Shown here piece after piece: positions 21,694-34,139 of a stretch of DNA of 64,000 bases. The notes under the pieces are model-generated. The model did not search any database, had not been told where the DNA came from, and saw only the letters and a list, made by a program, of their open reading frames with translations. The stretch comes from Hemiscyllium ocellatum (taxonomy: Eukaryota), in the NCBI RefSeq assembly GCF_020745735.1, contig NC_083417.1:71982001-72046000 (forward strand), given 5' to 3'. Numbering within the stretch: position 1 is the stretch's first letter; each line of letters opens with the position of its first letter. The position numbers were made by a program, and so were the translations under genes.

Positions 21694-24600
21694 CTGTAAT
21701 AAAACAATGAAATATAAGTAGTTTCTGCTACTCACTTTAATAAAATTATTCAGGCTGTCGGTGTACATTACCAAGCTGAAAATCACACAACACCAGGTTG
21801 TAGTCCAACAAGTTTAATTGGAAGCAAGAACCTTTCGGAGCACCTCTCCTTCATCCGATGTTTGCAGAGTGCACAATTGTAAGACTCAGAATTTATAGTA
21901 AAAGTTTACAGTGTGATGTAACTGAAACACCAATCTGTGCAGACACGAATTGTTAAGGTTAACCCGAGAATGTAACTTTAAAACAAAGTTTTGTGATTTG
22001 CATATGAAAGAAGCGAAACTAACATTGTCATTCTAAAAGATGAGAGACTTAACAAACAATGTAAGGTATTTTGCAATGTGTAATTTCAGTTACATCACAC
22101 TGTAAACTTTTACTATAAATTCTGTGTCTTAAAATTGTGTACTCCAGAACCACTTGAGGAAGGAGCGGCGCTCCGAAAGCTTTTGCTTCCAATTAAACCT
22201 GCTGGACTACAACCTGGTGTTGTGCGATTTTTAACTTTGTACACACCAGTCCAACATCGGCATCTCCAAATCATACATGACTAAGGTCAGACGTGTGTTA
22301 AAGCGGTCCCCATTGGAAAACCGATGGTTAATTTTCATGACAGTACCTGCGCATACACAAAGCTCTCTTTCTCCGTTAGTAGTTTTGCAGGTTTCCTCTC
22401 TCCGCTGAAGTGGAGAGCAGCATAAATCGGACTCACTGCCTCTCTGTCCCGATTGACCTGAGGAAGGTTTTGCAGAAAGGTTAGCCAGCAAGTTTAAAAA
22501 AATGTAATCACAAATCGAGCTGTGCCTCTGCTCCTGACTGAAGAGCAGGCCAACTGATCCTAACAAAACGCAAACATTTAAAATGTCTTCGAGAGTTGCG
22601 GGCTTGTCTGGACTCGACGTCATTGTCCCAATGGATCACTGTCTCGTGTTCATATCAGAGCGATGCACTGGGGACACCGTGAACTCGATATGCGTGCCGT
22701 CGAAGGACACCGTCTGAGATTCCTGGAGAATGGATAGAAATTACCCGTATGTAGACAACATCCCACTCACAGTTTCGTTCTCGTTGTCATAAGTAGAAAC
22801 TGACCTGTTCCTCAAATTGGCTGTTCATGTCCTCAGCAGTCGCGTTGCCTGTCAGAGAACCGAATGGCATTACACACATGATCATTTTCACAATGTATCA
22901 CAAGCCCGCAAGAAATTAAGCCCCATTGAAGCAAAGTGAGCAGGCTCGCCGAACGCTAACATTCTGCTATATATCTGGATGAGATGAGCTGCACATTATG
23001 CGCACTGCACTTGAAGATTTCATTCCAGACTGCCCGTCCCCTTTCTCTCCTACTGCAGCAGTGACATGGAACAAGAGATGAAAGCCCAGTACAGAATCAG
23101 GAAAAAAATCAAGTCTCACCAGTTGTTTTGTCTAATTTGCACCCCTTGAAGACAATTCCCAGAACTAAAATCATAATCCCGCCTGCTGCACAACCAAAGA
23201 CTAAGGCGTAGTAGAATGTACGGTCTTGGTTACCTATAGGGGACAGAGAAGGTGTAATGTTAGCATTTTTAAAAGCAGATGATACAACATATTCGCCAAT
23301 CCAGGTAACAGACTGCACTCACATTAAAACCGTCTCTGCCACATTCCTGCAGCTTCTCACCGAACGCGAGGCTCCGTTGTCCCTTTATCGACCAACTAAT
23401 TGAACCACAAAGCGCCTATCCATTTCGAAAACACCAGCATGTGTTCAGAATAATGACCGTATTTGATTTAGTGAATATACAGCATTGTTTATAATCCCTC
23501 CGCGAATTAGCGCGTATTTACCAGGTGGAAAGATCTCTACCTCGTTCCACACGTCATTCAAACAGGCGAAAGAATTGACCCTGTGCCCATCATTTACGAA
23601 CCATGCTTCCTATATTCTTTTCCCAATCATTTAGAAAATAACAAGCACTGGTCCCAGCCCTGATCCATGCGGGATACCACTGGTCACAAGACTCGAGTCC
23701 GAAAAGCAAATTTCTACCACCACCCTGTCTCCTCCCGTCAAACCAATTTTGTATCCAATTGTCTAGCACTCCCTGAATCCTACGTGATCTAATTTTACTA
23801 ACAAGTCTGCCAAGCGGAATCTTGCCGAAGGAACATGTACCAAAAGACTGGATGAATGCATCAGATTTTACTATTGGCTCTTGGGATGTGGGTATCGGGG
23901 GCTGAGGCAGCATTTGTTGTCCATTTCTTTGTAGCAGAGTCGCTGTTCTAACATATGCATTGTAGCATCTATTATGGACACTGTTTTTGAAAGGCCAATG
24001 TGATAGTGATCAGACCATCTGATTCTGTGATGTGGATTTCGGGGGATAAGTATTCACGCAGGGCTTACTTGCTATTCTGCAAAACGGTGCGCCGGATCTT
24101 TTGCTCCTACGTGTAGGGACAATCAGATTTTCCTCCTCCTCGGATGCTGCCCGACCTGCTGTGCATTTCCAGCACCACTTCAATCTTCACTCTAATCTCC
24201 AGCATCTACAGTACCCACTTTAGCCCCAGAAAGACCGCACCTTCAACTGAGCAATACTGCCTCAGCACTGCGAGGCTCTGCCAAACCATTGTGAGTGGGA
24301 TCGGAAGAGGAATTGATCCTACGGCCTTCAAAAACAGATAACAAAAAAAAAATAAGCGATCAGACCAACTGAGGTGCGTACCAAGGCAGTAACTACGGAG
24401 TGCCCAGGAAGTGAATGGAGAGCGAGTGGCGTCTGATGTTGGACGCATTACGGTGATGGAGATAAGGAGGACAATAAAGTGGGAGGTGAACATAGAGAGA
24501 AAAGTAACTTTGATTTTTCCAATAAGACCAAGAGTGAATTGGAGAGAGAGAGAAAGAGGGAGAGAAAGACAAACTGAGATGGAGAGCAAGAAAGTGTTTA

Positions 24601-27600
24601 TCATCAGTCTTGTGGATGAAACCTCGCGTCAGACGAGGAAACTGGCCATAGACATGCTGGTTCCCGGACACAGTGCAGATGCAGTGCAGGCCGGTTTCTG
24701 TTTGCGGTAAATTTTGAACTGACGGCTTTGTAACACTTCAAATCTGTTTTTAACGTTGGCTGAAGTGCCAAGCATCCGGGAACGGATTGGACCCTTGTAT
24801 TTTTAATATTGATGACAGATGTTAGGTTCCTCTGTATATCAAAAACTGAAAACCGGTGACCCTTACCGTGATTCGGAATTTTGTCGCTGATGTTTGCCGG
24901 GACGCTGCGTGTGATGTGAGAAATCTGGCAGGTGTAGACTGACCCCTTCTCCGGAAGACTGAGCTCGCTGGAAACGTGAAATAAACCCTCTTCGTTCACG
25001 ATTTTCCTGATGTTGATGCCAGACGTGATTTCGGAGAGATTTTTATACCACACGAGTTCAAACTGCCCCGGGAAGAAGCCAGCAGTTGTGCAGAGGAGAG
25101 CGAGGAAGGGCGAGTACTGGCGGGTTATCTTCAGCGGGGTTGGCGGCACTGGAACACAATAACAATCAACAAATCAACATCGGAAGTTGTGTGTGGGTTG
25201 GACAGCAGACAGAACAGAACAGCCTGTCAAAAGGCATAGATTTTTTTGAATTTTGGAGGGAATTTTTTTTAATCACCCTAATAATGTTAACAAATAATGT
25301 TCCCATTCTGAAACTTAAAATCGATGTATGCTTGTTAAACCGCTCCTTCTTTTTCATTCAGATAGAAAGTGGAGATAAATGGAGTGGACAAAACCATGCA
25401 CAAAACAGACAAAATGTTGGACGAGGCACGCACTCTGCACACGCAGCTCTGAATCTATATTGAATAAACAGTGGTCACAGTTAGTCAGAGTCCATACTAA
25501 ATAATCGCCAGGTGCACCAGACACCCTCAGTTTATTGTCCATTGAACAATCACTGGTTCAATTGGATACCAGAAATTCAGAGTCTACTCAATGGATCCAC
25601 CAGATATTCTCAATCCACAGTTTGCATTTAATTATAATTGGTCCCATCAAAAGCCTCAATCTCAAGTCCAGGACTGGTCGTGTCTTTGTATTTAGGTTGC
25701 AATGAAACGATGATTGAAGATGAATAAAAACGGGGCGTTCAGTTTCTATCACTAGCGTGACACTATCGCAAATACAAGCTTAATCCAATTTACTTTTCAC
25801 TCCCTTTCTTTTTTCTTTCTCGTTTCGATTATTGAGCTTGGAATTTAACCCTCTACCCGTCTGTCCGAAGGTACGTTTGCATTTGAGATCAATCCAACCT
25901 CCACCCGCATCTGTTAAAACTGCAATAAAAAAATTAGCATCCTAAATTCAAGAATTCCTTTGTTTGCTCGGCCCCGCCCCTCAAAAGATGACAAATAGCT
26001 AACCCTTTTCAAGGAAAGGTATGCATGCAATGTTGGTGTTTCTATCGACTTCATATTCTATTTCCTATTTCCAATTGCCCTTGCGAAGATGGTAGTAAGC
26101 TGTCTTCTTGAACCACGGCAACCCACGGAGGTATGCCTGCATCCGTAATGTTGCAAAGAAAGGAGTTTCAGAATGTTGACCCAGCGACACTATTATGGGA
26201 ATGATGATACATTTCAAAGTCGGGATGGTGAAAGGTTTGGAAGGTCATATTGCCACGTATCTGCTGCTGTGGGCTTTGTAGGTGCTGTCGACGAATATAT
26301 AGTGAATTTCGACATTGCGTATCCCTCTAAACTTTCCCTGATTACAAACCCACCCAGATGCTTTTAAATCTTGTACTTGTACAAGCATCCACGAGCATTC
26401 TAGCCTTGTACTAGCCTTCTCACAGCTTATTCCATGCACTCACCACACTCCTCGTGGAAAGTTGCCCCTTAGGTCCATTTTAAATTATTCCCCTCTCACC
26501 CTAAAACTTTCCACTGTGGTTCTTTACTCCCCCATTCCAGGGAAAAGACCTTGTCTATTTAATTTATCACGCCCGTCATGATTTTAGAAATCTCTATCAG
26601 GTCAGCCGCTGACCCTCCAGCGAAACCAACTCCAGCCTATTCAGCCTCTCCCGATAAATCAAATCGTTCAAGCCTGGCTACATCCCTGTAAAGCTTTTCT
26701 GAACCCTTTCAAGTTTCAAAACATCCTTCCGATTGGAAGGAGATCAGAATTGCATACCGTATTCCGAATGTGGCCTCACCAATCAACCTGCACTCCAAGG
26801 TCTCTGTTCAGCAACATTTACCAGGACGTTCCCATTATGTGTATAAGTTCTACCCTGGTTTGCTGTTCCAAAATGCAGTACCTCTCATTTGTCTAATTAA
26901 ACTCCATCTGCCACTCTTCTGCCCGGTGGCCCATCTGATCAAGTTCTTGTTGTTCTCTGAGGTAACCTTCTTCGCTGTCCACGGCACCTGCAATTTTGTT
27001 ATCATCTACTAACTTACTTACTTTACCTCCTATGTTCACATCCAAGTCATTTATGAAAATGACGAAAAGCAGTGAACCCAGCACCCCGATCCTTGTGGCA
27101 CACCACTGGTCACAGGCCTCCAGTCTGAAAGGCGACTCTCCATGACCACCATCTGTTTTCTACCTTTCAGGCAGTTCTGTATCCAAATGCCTAATTCTCC
27201 CTGTATTCCATGTGATCTAAACTTGCAAGCCAGTCTACCATGAGGAACCTTGTCCAACCCAGTTCATGTAGATCCCTTGGGAAATATGTTGGTTTCCTAG
27301 TGGTGCACACATTCTTCACACAATGTGAATTTGAACAACATGCGATCTTTGCATGTACTTCCCAGGATTGCATTTAGTCATTTCCTCATTGATCATTTGC
27401 TTCAGGCCTCCAAACCTCATTTTCAATTGACAAAATCCTGTTGCAATCCCAGACCAACATCTGGTATGGATGATGCCACTACCCATTTCAAAGGCAGAGT
27501 TGCTTTACAAAACAGGCCAGTTACATTTGAAGCTGGTGCACAGACTTGAGCAAGTGCCTCGAGGACCTATTTAGTATTCAGAAAAAAAAATCACTTTCAT

Positions 27601-29168
27601 ATATATTTCCATACAGTGACTTCATGTAGGGAGATTGGTTGCATCAACATAACGAGGTAAAGTTTTTAGTAAACTTTATCCACTTCTTAAAATCAGGATT
27701 TAAGATGAAACTCAAACTATGAGGAATGTATATATTTATCAACAGTTGCAAACAAAATTGGGGATTAACCAAAATAAATATATCAGTGAATTTAATCTCG
27801 AAGTAAACGTAAACTTCTCCACAAAATCATACTTGGAAGCAGCGCTAAGTACATTTCTAATTTCAAGTTTACTGTAGAAGCAATCCAAATAATGCTGTCT
27901 GCTTCTCAGGGAAATTTTGAGTGAGCACTTCTTAGTATTTAAGATTCCAATCCGACAGTGTGAGGATGCGCGTCATTTCTGAGATAGCAGAATACTCCAT
28001 GCTTCTCAGTTAAAGTTAAGTGAGCAGTTGTAAATATTTAAGAAAAAACATGACATTTCTGAGACAGCATTTAATAATTCGTTTTACCTTAGTTTGCATT
28101 GGAATGTTTTCCTAATGCCTGTTCCTCTTCCTCAGGATAATTATTTGCTCTCGTTTTGCATTACTCACACTGTGCTGTATCTGTATCCGTTTATGATCAC
28201 TTGCACCTATTTGGTAATCGATTTTGAAAACCTGACATTTATCTCTTTAACAGAAAAACACATCTTTCCACTTTGAACTCCATGACAAATCTAATGCATT
28301 TCATTTCCGGTAGCTATCAAAATCAAGTGGAGCATTATTTATGATACATTATCTGATTATAAATATACGATATAATACAAGATTAAGTACATTACACCGC
28401 CTGGCTAGCTTTGATTGACCGCGGACAGCAAGTCTGGTATCCACCAGGACAATTTCGGTCTAAGTCTCATTGAACTGAAAAAAAGACAAGCCTTCCTTTC
28501 GGCACCAAACTGAAAGCAGACCCTTGCTGCTCTTGTTATCTATTATCGATGTATACCTGCCTAATTTAACGCTGTTCATTCCTCCTCAGTGACACTCACC
28601 GTGTACGATAAGCTTAGTCCCATTCCCATTGGAAGTTTTCCTGCCGAAGACGCTGATGCGACAAAAATAGATTCCGGAGTCCCGGAAGCTCACATTCAGC
28701 AGATGAAACACAGAAAATACTTGCTTGAACGGTAACATTATTTTCCTTTCGTCTGCTGTTGGATCCAAAGGTTTGATCTCTCCATCTTTCCGCCAGGACA
28801 CGTTAACTGATATTTTGCGATCGAAAAGCGGGGTGGAGCAATACATTGACACATTTGTACCTTCCACTGCAGTCAGGTACGGGGGGGATTGAATCACGGG
28901 CAAAGGGGTTTCGCCAGTACCTGCCAGAAATATATACAAGCGTTAGTTGCTCCTGTTTCATGAACCGAAAAATGAAAAATGGTAAAATAATGGTTTAGAA
29001 ACTCAGCGAAACAAAATCCAATAATTAATCATGAAAACGAAGCTGCCAGTTTTGAATTCTCAGTATTTCCATTCATATTCCTATCCGCTAGATGAGTGTA
29101 AATATTTACAGACCTGTATAAATTACTCCCAGGACTGAGAGATAGCAGAGCACATGAAACACAGGCAT
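21547..29168 (-). CDS. Gene B: NKp30/NCR3-like VJ-C1 IgSF receptor, inhibitory type with four-tyrosine tail, about 357 aa
   Basis: Exons 29114-29168 (L), 28600-28920 (V), 24867-25148 (C1), 23120-23233 (TM), 22805-22848, 22347-22457 and 21547-21693. Phases 1,1,1,1,0,0 join into 1074 nt with no internal stop. A possible extra 42-nt exon lies at 23011-23052. Confidence 0.82.
21779..22231. mobile_element. Fold-back (inverted) Penelope-like pseudo-LTR pair in the last intron (also about 43182-43633; truncated copy about 63491-63851)
   Basis: Arms 21779-21927 and 22084-22231 are reverse complements (about 150 bp, roughly 85-90% identical). The right arm has TTGAGGAAGGAGCGGCGCTCCGAAAGC, a hammerhead-like core. 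Confidence 0.8.
22347..22457 (-). CDS. Gene B cytoplasmic exon A (PIYAAL ... FVYAQ)
   Basis: 111 nt, phase 0-0, VNRDREAVSPIYAALHFSGERKPAKLLTEKESFVYAQ. Acceptor ccttcctcag, donor CAG/gtactg. Confidence 0.75.
22805..22848 (-). CDS. Gene B 44-nt cytoplasmic exon (G)NATAEDMNSQFEEQ
   Basis: Acceptor ttctctgacag, donor CAG/gtcagt. Supplies the phase 1-to-0 change the model needs. Confidence 0.7.
23120..23233 (-). CDS. Gene B transmembrane exon (uncharged)
   Basis: GNQDRTFYYALVFGCAAGGIMILVLGIVFKGCKLDKTT. Acceptor ctgtcccctatag, donor G/gtgaga. Confidence 0.85.
23570..24215. mobile_element. CR1 and short interspersed repeat fragments in the C1-TM intron (also about 44980-45620)
   Basis: GRLVSKIRSRRIQGVLDNWIQNW CR1 RT motif on minus; GGATGCTGCCCGACCTGCTGTGCATTTCCAGCA repeat at about 24140. 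Confidence 0.7.
24867..25148 (-). CDS. Gene B C1-set exon
   Basis: Same splice sites and signatures as 3473-3754. Confidence 0.92.
28600..28920 (-). CDS. Gene B VJ-type V exon
   Basis: 6 nt and 3 aa differences from the gene A V exon (manual count). Confidence 0.93.
29114..29168 (-). CDS. Gene B leader exon MPVFHVLCYLSVLGVIYT
   Basis: ATG at 29168-29166; donor CAG/gtctgt. Confidence 0.78.
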
Positions 29169-31039
29169 TCTGGGCAGGGAAGATGTCTTGGAGCAGGAGG
29201 ACAGCAAGATCCAGCGAAACCCGATGGAAACATTATTACCATCTGGGACTCCCTGATGCATTCATGTCTGAGACAACCTCAATGGATTGGTTCTGTTTAA
29301 GGCGGATCGAGGTAGTAGGTGTTGCAAGATGAGGATGGCTCAAGTCTGATTGGTGACCAAGAGACGATCAATTATTTTTTGCATGACGTGACAGATTTCT
29401 GGTTGAGACAACCCTTGACAAAGTTCAGTGTTGTCCGACCTATGGCAGTTGCGGATTTGGGACTGCGGCGGGGATCTGGCCCAGCAGCAGTACGAAGTTT
29501 GACAGAGGTGGTGGTGATGAAATAGATATGCGTGCCCCGATCTTACAGTTGGAGCGGATGCATTACTTTGCTGAGGTACAACGGGGAGAAAGGAGTGGTC
29601 AATGGTTAATTGCTGGGGGTGTTATTGGCATAGTAGAGCCATGTGGATGCAGTAAACCCACCCATTCCGGGAGAATCTGATAGAATGACTGGATAATGTG
29701 GATGGAAATGAATGGGGCCTATCAATTTCAACTGCACATTGGAGGATAGGTGGTAATGAAAAGTGTGGTGGTCTCTGTTATAATCCAAAGAGGTGACGGG
29801 AGCCTACATGGAAGGGATTCAGTGGTCAGCAGAACATTTGTGAATTTCTTTATTTTGGTTTATTCAAAACTCAAAATTTACTCAAATTCATTTCTGATTA
29901 ATGAGGTTTAAGCATAAAATTGTTGCAAACATGCTCAGTTTTAGAAATTGGTAAGAATACAGTGTTCAGAGATATTTCCAAGTACGGAGGAGTCAACCAA
30001 CCGGTTTTGAGACAGTTTTGAACATTAGAGGATGGAGTTGTGTTTGGGGTGCATGGGTCAGTGAGGATGATATAATATAAATCAAAATGGTTGGAGGAAT
30101 GAAAGTTAAGTAATGAGTTATTTATGATTATTAGGAATGAAAGAGCAGGAAAGAATGGAACGAATGATTTTGGAAAGACCATGCGAGCTGGACGAGTTAA
30201 AGGCAGGAAAGAATCCAGTGACCAATCCAAATTGGAGAGACATTGAGGACACTGCAGCATGTTTGAATTTCTTTCCCAAAGGATACCAGTGAACAAGATT
30301 TTGTCTATTTTTGACAACAGTGATTAAAAAAAGGTCATCGCTATACCAGCCTTTCTTCTCCATTTTGTTTCAAATTAAACTTCAGTTTCACAATCGGTCG
30401 TGGTGTACGTGAACCCGTGTCGAACAAATAGTGAATCAACATGCGTAGTTACTAACGCCATGACACACCATATGGCACTGGCAGCCGACCGTATATGCAA
30501 AACATTTGATTTAACTGCAGCAGATTTATTCAAAGTCGTAAATGCTACTGTTCTCTACCTTCTGTTCGACACCTGTTTGATTTAACCAAGCTATGTCAAC
30601 GGTAAAAGCCGCGTGAAAGCCACTTTACTAATGAATGCAAAAAAAGTTGGACTTGAAAGGCTGACATGATGTTCTTGTAACACATTGATGATTGTCAAAA
30701 CAAAACATTTCTTCAAAGGAGCTAGGGGTTTACGTTCAACCTCCAGTACAGCCCCAAATTCTTTCCTGTTTTGTTCATCATGTTCGCAAATCAGCACGAC
30801 TTGATTACATCTTGTTATGTTCTCTATCGCTCCAGAGGCGATTTCAGTATTCATTATTAAGGACGCTCCTCTACTAATATTTACCCTATCTTTCTTGAAA
30901 ACCTTTAAACACGGTAGCATTGATTATCAGCGCTGTTTCGTTGTTATGTCTCAGCAATGTCATATACTCCAACTCAAGTTGTCTCAGATATTTATTTAAT
31001 CATTCGTTATCTGTTGTAGTTTAAAGAATAACAAACAAT

Positions 31040-33330
31040 ACTGCCCATGAAGAACGATTGATACTCATTCTGGAAGCTCTGGTGATGGGATTACATCATC
31101 AGTTCAGAGGTGGCCATGTTAGGAATATGTGGCTCTGGGTGACCCATGCCTCAATGTAAGGTGATGAGATCTGATGTTGCACATCCAGGGTGATGACGTT
31201 GAGATTTTTGTTCTGTTTGTAGAAATAGTGGCCTACGTGGATGAAAGTACAGTACAACACTCAAAATGAGGATGGTAGTGTGGTGGTAAGCCATTTCCAA
31301 AATTTTATGTTCAGATGTGTTATATCTAAATGATCCCTCTTTTTTGTTGCCACAATTCTGCAACTGGCAGGAAGGGCGATGAGGTCCATTTCAGGATGAG
31401 CGCAGTCTGGAAGGCGACCAGGGCAGGGATATAGAGTTCTTTGCCATGAGCAGTGATGCTGGATCCATATCAGCACTCGAGGTTGCTGGAGTAGAGGCAA
31501 GGCGACATGCTGCTCTCTGTAACTGACTCCCGTGATTTGTGTTACATGAATGACTTTAGTTGCAGATGTTGTCTATTTCAAATTGAGTTCAACAATTACC
31601 TTCAGCAAATCATGGAGGGGAGACTCTGCGATGGTAATTCATTGAATTTCAAAGGCCAGTTTTTAGATTCTGTCTTATTGGAGATGGTCATTTTCCGGCA
31701 GTCGAGTGGCGGATTTGTTACTTGCCAGTTTTCCGGCCAGGACTGGATGCTATCAATATTTTGTTACATTTGGACGTGGACTGATTCAGTGTCTGAGAAG
31801 TGGTCGGTGGAGCTGAACTTTGCACAAACATCGCCAGTTATTCAGTATTCTGACAGCAGGATGAGGGAAAGCCGAGATGACTGACTCCTGATCAGCTTCA
31901 CGATCTTTCATTGTGCGAGCTAAGACTTCAATGAGCAGAGAGTTTTCGCCTGATTTCCATTTGGTTTTATTTTTCTGGGACTCCTTAGAATGGCTCAGTG
32001 CTGACCTTCTCCCAAGAGCAGTTACTTTCACCTCCTCTGCGGTGTTTAGTTCTTTCTGTGTTTGAAAGGAAGGCTGTAATGCAGTCAGGGTCTCTGTGGC
32101 CCTGGCGGAACCTGAAGTGGGCGTCACTGAGCAGCTTATCAGTGAGCAAGCGCTACTTCATAGCACTGTTGATGATATCTTCCAACACTTTATTGGCGAA
32201 GGTTGGTGACACAGTTATTTCAATTGAGTGAGCGTCTAATACCTTTTGCGCGCATTGGCATACTGCAGATGCTTTCCCACATTTTGACTGAGATGTCAGT
32301 GTTGCAGTCGTCCTGGATTAGTTTGGCTCGGGTTGTGACAAGTTCTCGAACACAACTCTTCAATATGTTTGCCTGAATGTTGTCAGGTCCCATAGTCTTT
32401 GTAGTACCTATTTTCTTGAAACGTTTCTTGACATCACGTCGAGCAATACTTGTGATTGGCATTTACGATGCTGGGAAATACTTGAGGAGGCTAAGGTGGT
32501 TCATCGACCTGTTCCAGGAGATTGTTATATATTGCAAAGCCTTTTCTTTTTGATTGATTTGCTGTGTTTCGTATTCATTGGGTTTGGGATGTTTGTGCAG
32601 CTTCCACCTCCAATTACTTGTTTAATGTTAACCAATATTTATGACTGGATGTGTCAGGATTGCAAATCTTTGATCCAGTGCTTTTGTTGTGGAGTTCTCT
32701 CTTCGAATTGATGTTTATGCTGCCTGACATGCAGTTTGTCCAGTTTTGTAGCTTTGTCATATTTTTATCCCATATTTAAGTATTCCTGGTGCTGCTCTTG
32801 GCATTTCTTCCTGCACATTCTTTGTAATTGCGTTTGATTCCCTGGCTTGATAGGGTTGACAGAGTGGCGAATCTGCTGTGCCATACTTTGCAGATTGGTA
32901 TGGATATAATTCGATTGTTGCCGATGGCCACAACACCTCATGGATACCGTGCTTTCAGTTATTATACCTGTTCCAAATCTACCTCATTGAGCACGATTGT
33001 GGTGCCACACAACACGAAAGTTTCGATGCTCACTCAAAGATGCGACTTCATATTCTCAAGAACAGTCAGTGGTCTCTCGTATGGATACAATTATGGTTTG
33101 ATGCATCTGTGACAGTCGGGTTGTTGAAGCTGAGGACAGTTTTGTCCCCTCTTTTTGGCACACTTCCTCCCCAAATGCTGCCAACCCAGTTAACAACCTT
33201 TTGTACTCGGCCAACCTGGATAGCACTTGGACTGGCGAACCCTCATGATAATAGACATTGAAGTTACTTGCTCAAGGTACACCCAGCACTCTTGACCCAG
33301 TCACTGCTTTCTCCAAGTGCGCATCAACAG
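31040..33330 (-). mobile_element. Decayed LINE (endonuclease/RT), unit 2 copy
   Basis: Paralog of 9890-12200. Confidence 0.72.
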
Positions 33331-34139
33331 GGATTCTTGTTGACTAATCTTTCCCGGCTTGCATGACGTCACTGTTGTCGCAGCATCTGGTCTGACATTA
33401 AATTTTCACCTGGTTCAGAATCAGTGAAATTAAATTGTTAATCTTGTTTAGTCTCATCGCTTCTGATCAATCGTGAGGTATCGTCAACAGCAGTGGGACA
33501 GAGTGCTTTTCCAACATTTGTTTATGATATTTCAGCCTCGTCTACCCAAGAGGCTGACCAAATTCTTTAGTCTGCATGATAATGCTGAATAATGAAGGGT
33601 AGTTAGCGCACTGTAACAGGTGATTTCTTGTCTCCGAGGACACCCTAATGTCATTGATCCCTTACTATGTTTAACTAACGTCCCAGAAGAGAACAAAGAC
33701 AATCGAGATCTAAAGATGGAAGTGCTCCAGAAACGCAAGAGATTTGCCATCTCCGTTGGAGAGAGAAACAGAGTTAATGTTTCCTGTCCGGCATGTGACT
33801 GTTCCGGGAAATCCAGTCCACAGACAGTTTCTGAATTTATCCAGCAATGTCTCATTTTATTTTAAATTGTCACCATGCTTAGGGGTATGAGTTTATTTCT
33901 CCACCCCCAAAACCAAATGAAATACTATTGATCTTTGTTTTCAACGTTTTTCAATTGTCAGTAATGACCATTCAGTACTGCTGCTTTGGCAGAATGGTAA
34001 TCATTTAATAATCGTATTGTTTTGGATGGAGCTCGAAATTGCTCACTGGTGGCATTGGAAGGCACTGTCAACAAAAAATAACCAGAATGCGTTTTTTTTA
34101 CATCTCTGGCTGATACTTTTGCATCTTCTATAGTCACAG

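Larger units (their letters stand above)
3064..24457. repeat. Tandem segmental duplication unit 1 (about 21.4 kb)
   Basis: The anchor GGAGATAAGGAGGAC recurs at 3064, 24458 and 45852. V exons at 7448/28600/49928 and C exons at 3473/24867/46262; TE content is collinear. Confidence 0.92.

Noticed and set aside
22630-22722. Additional cytoplasmic exon starting at ttctccag/GAATCTCAG
   Set aside because: No convincing donor before in-frame stops, and the gene model is complete without it.
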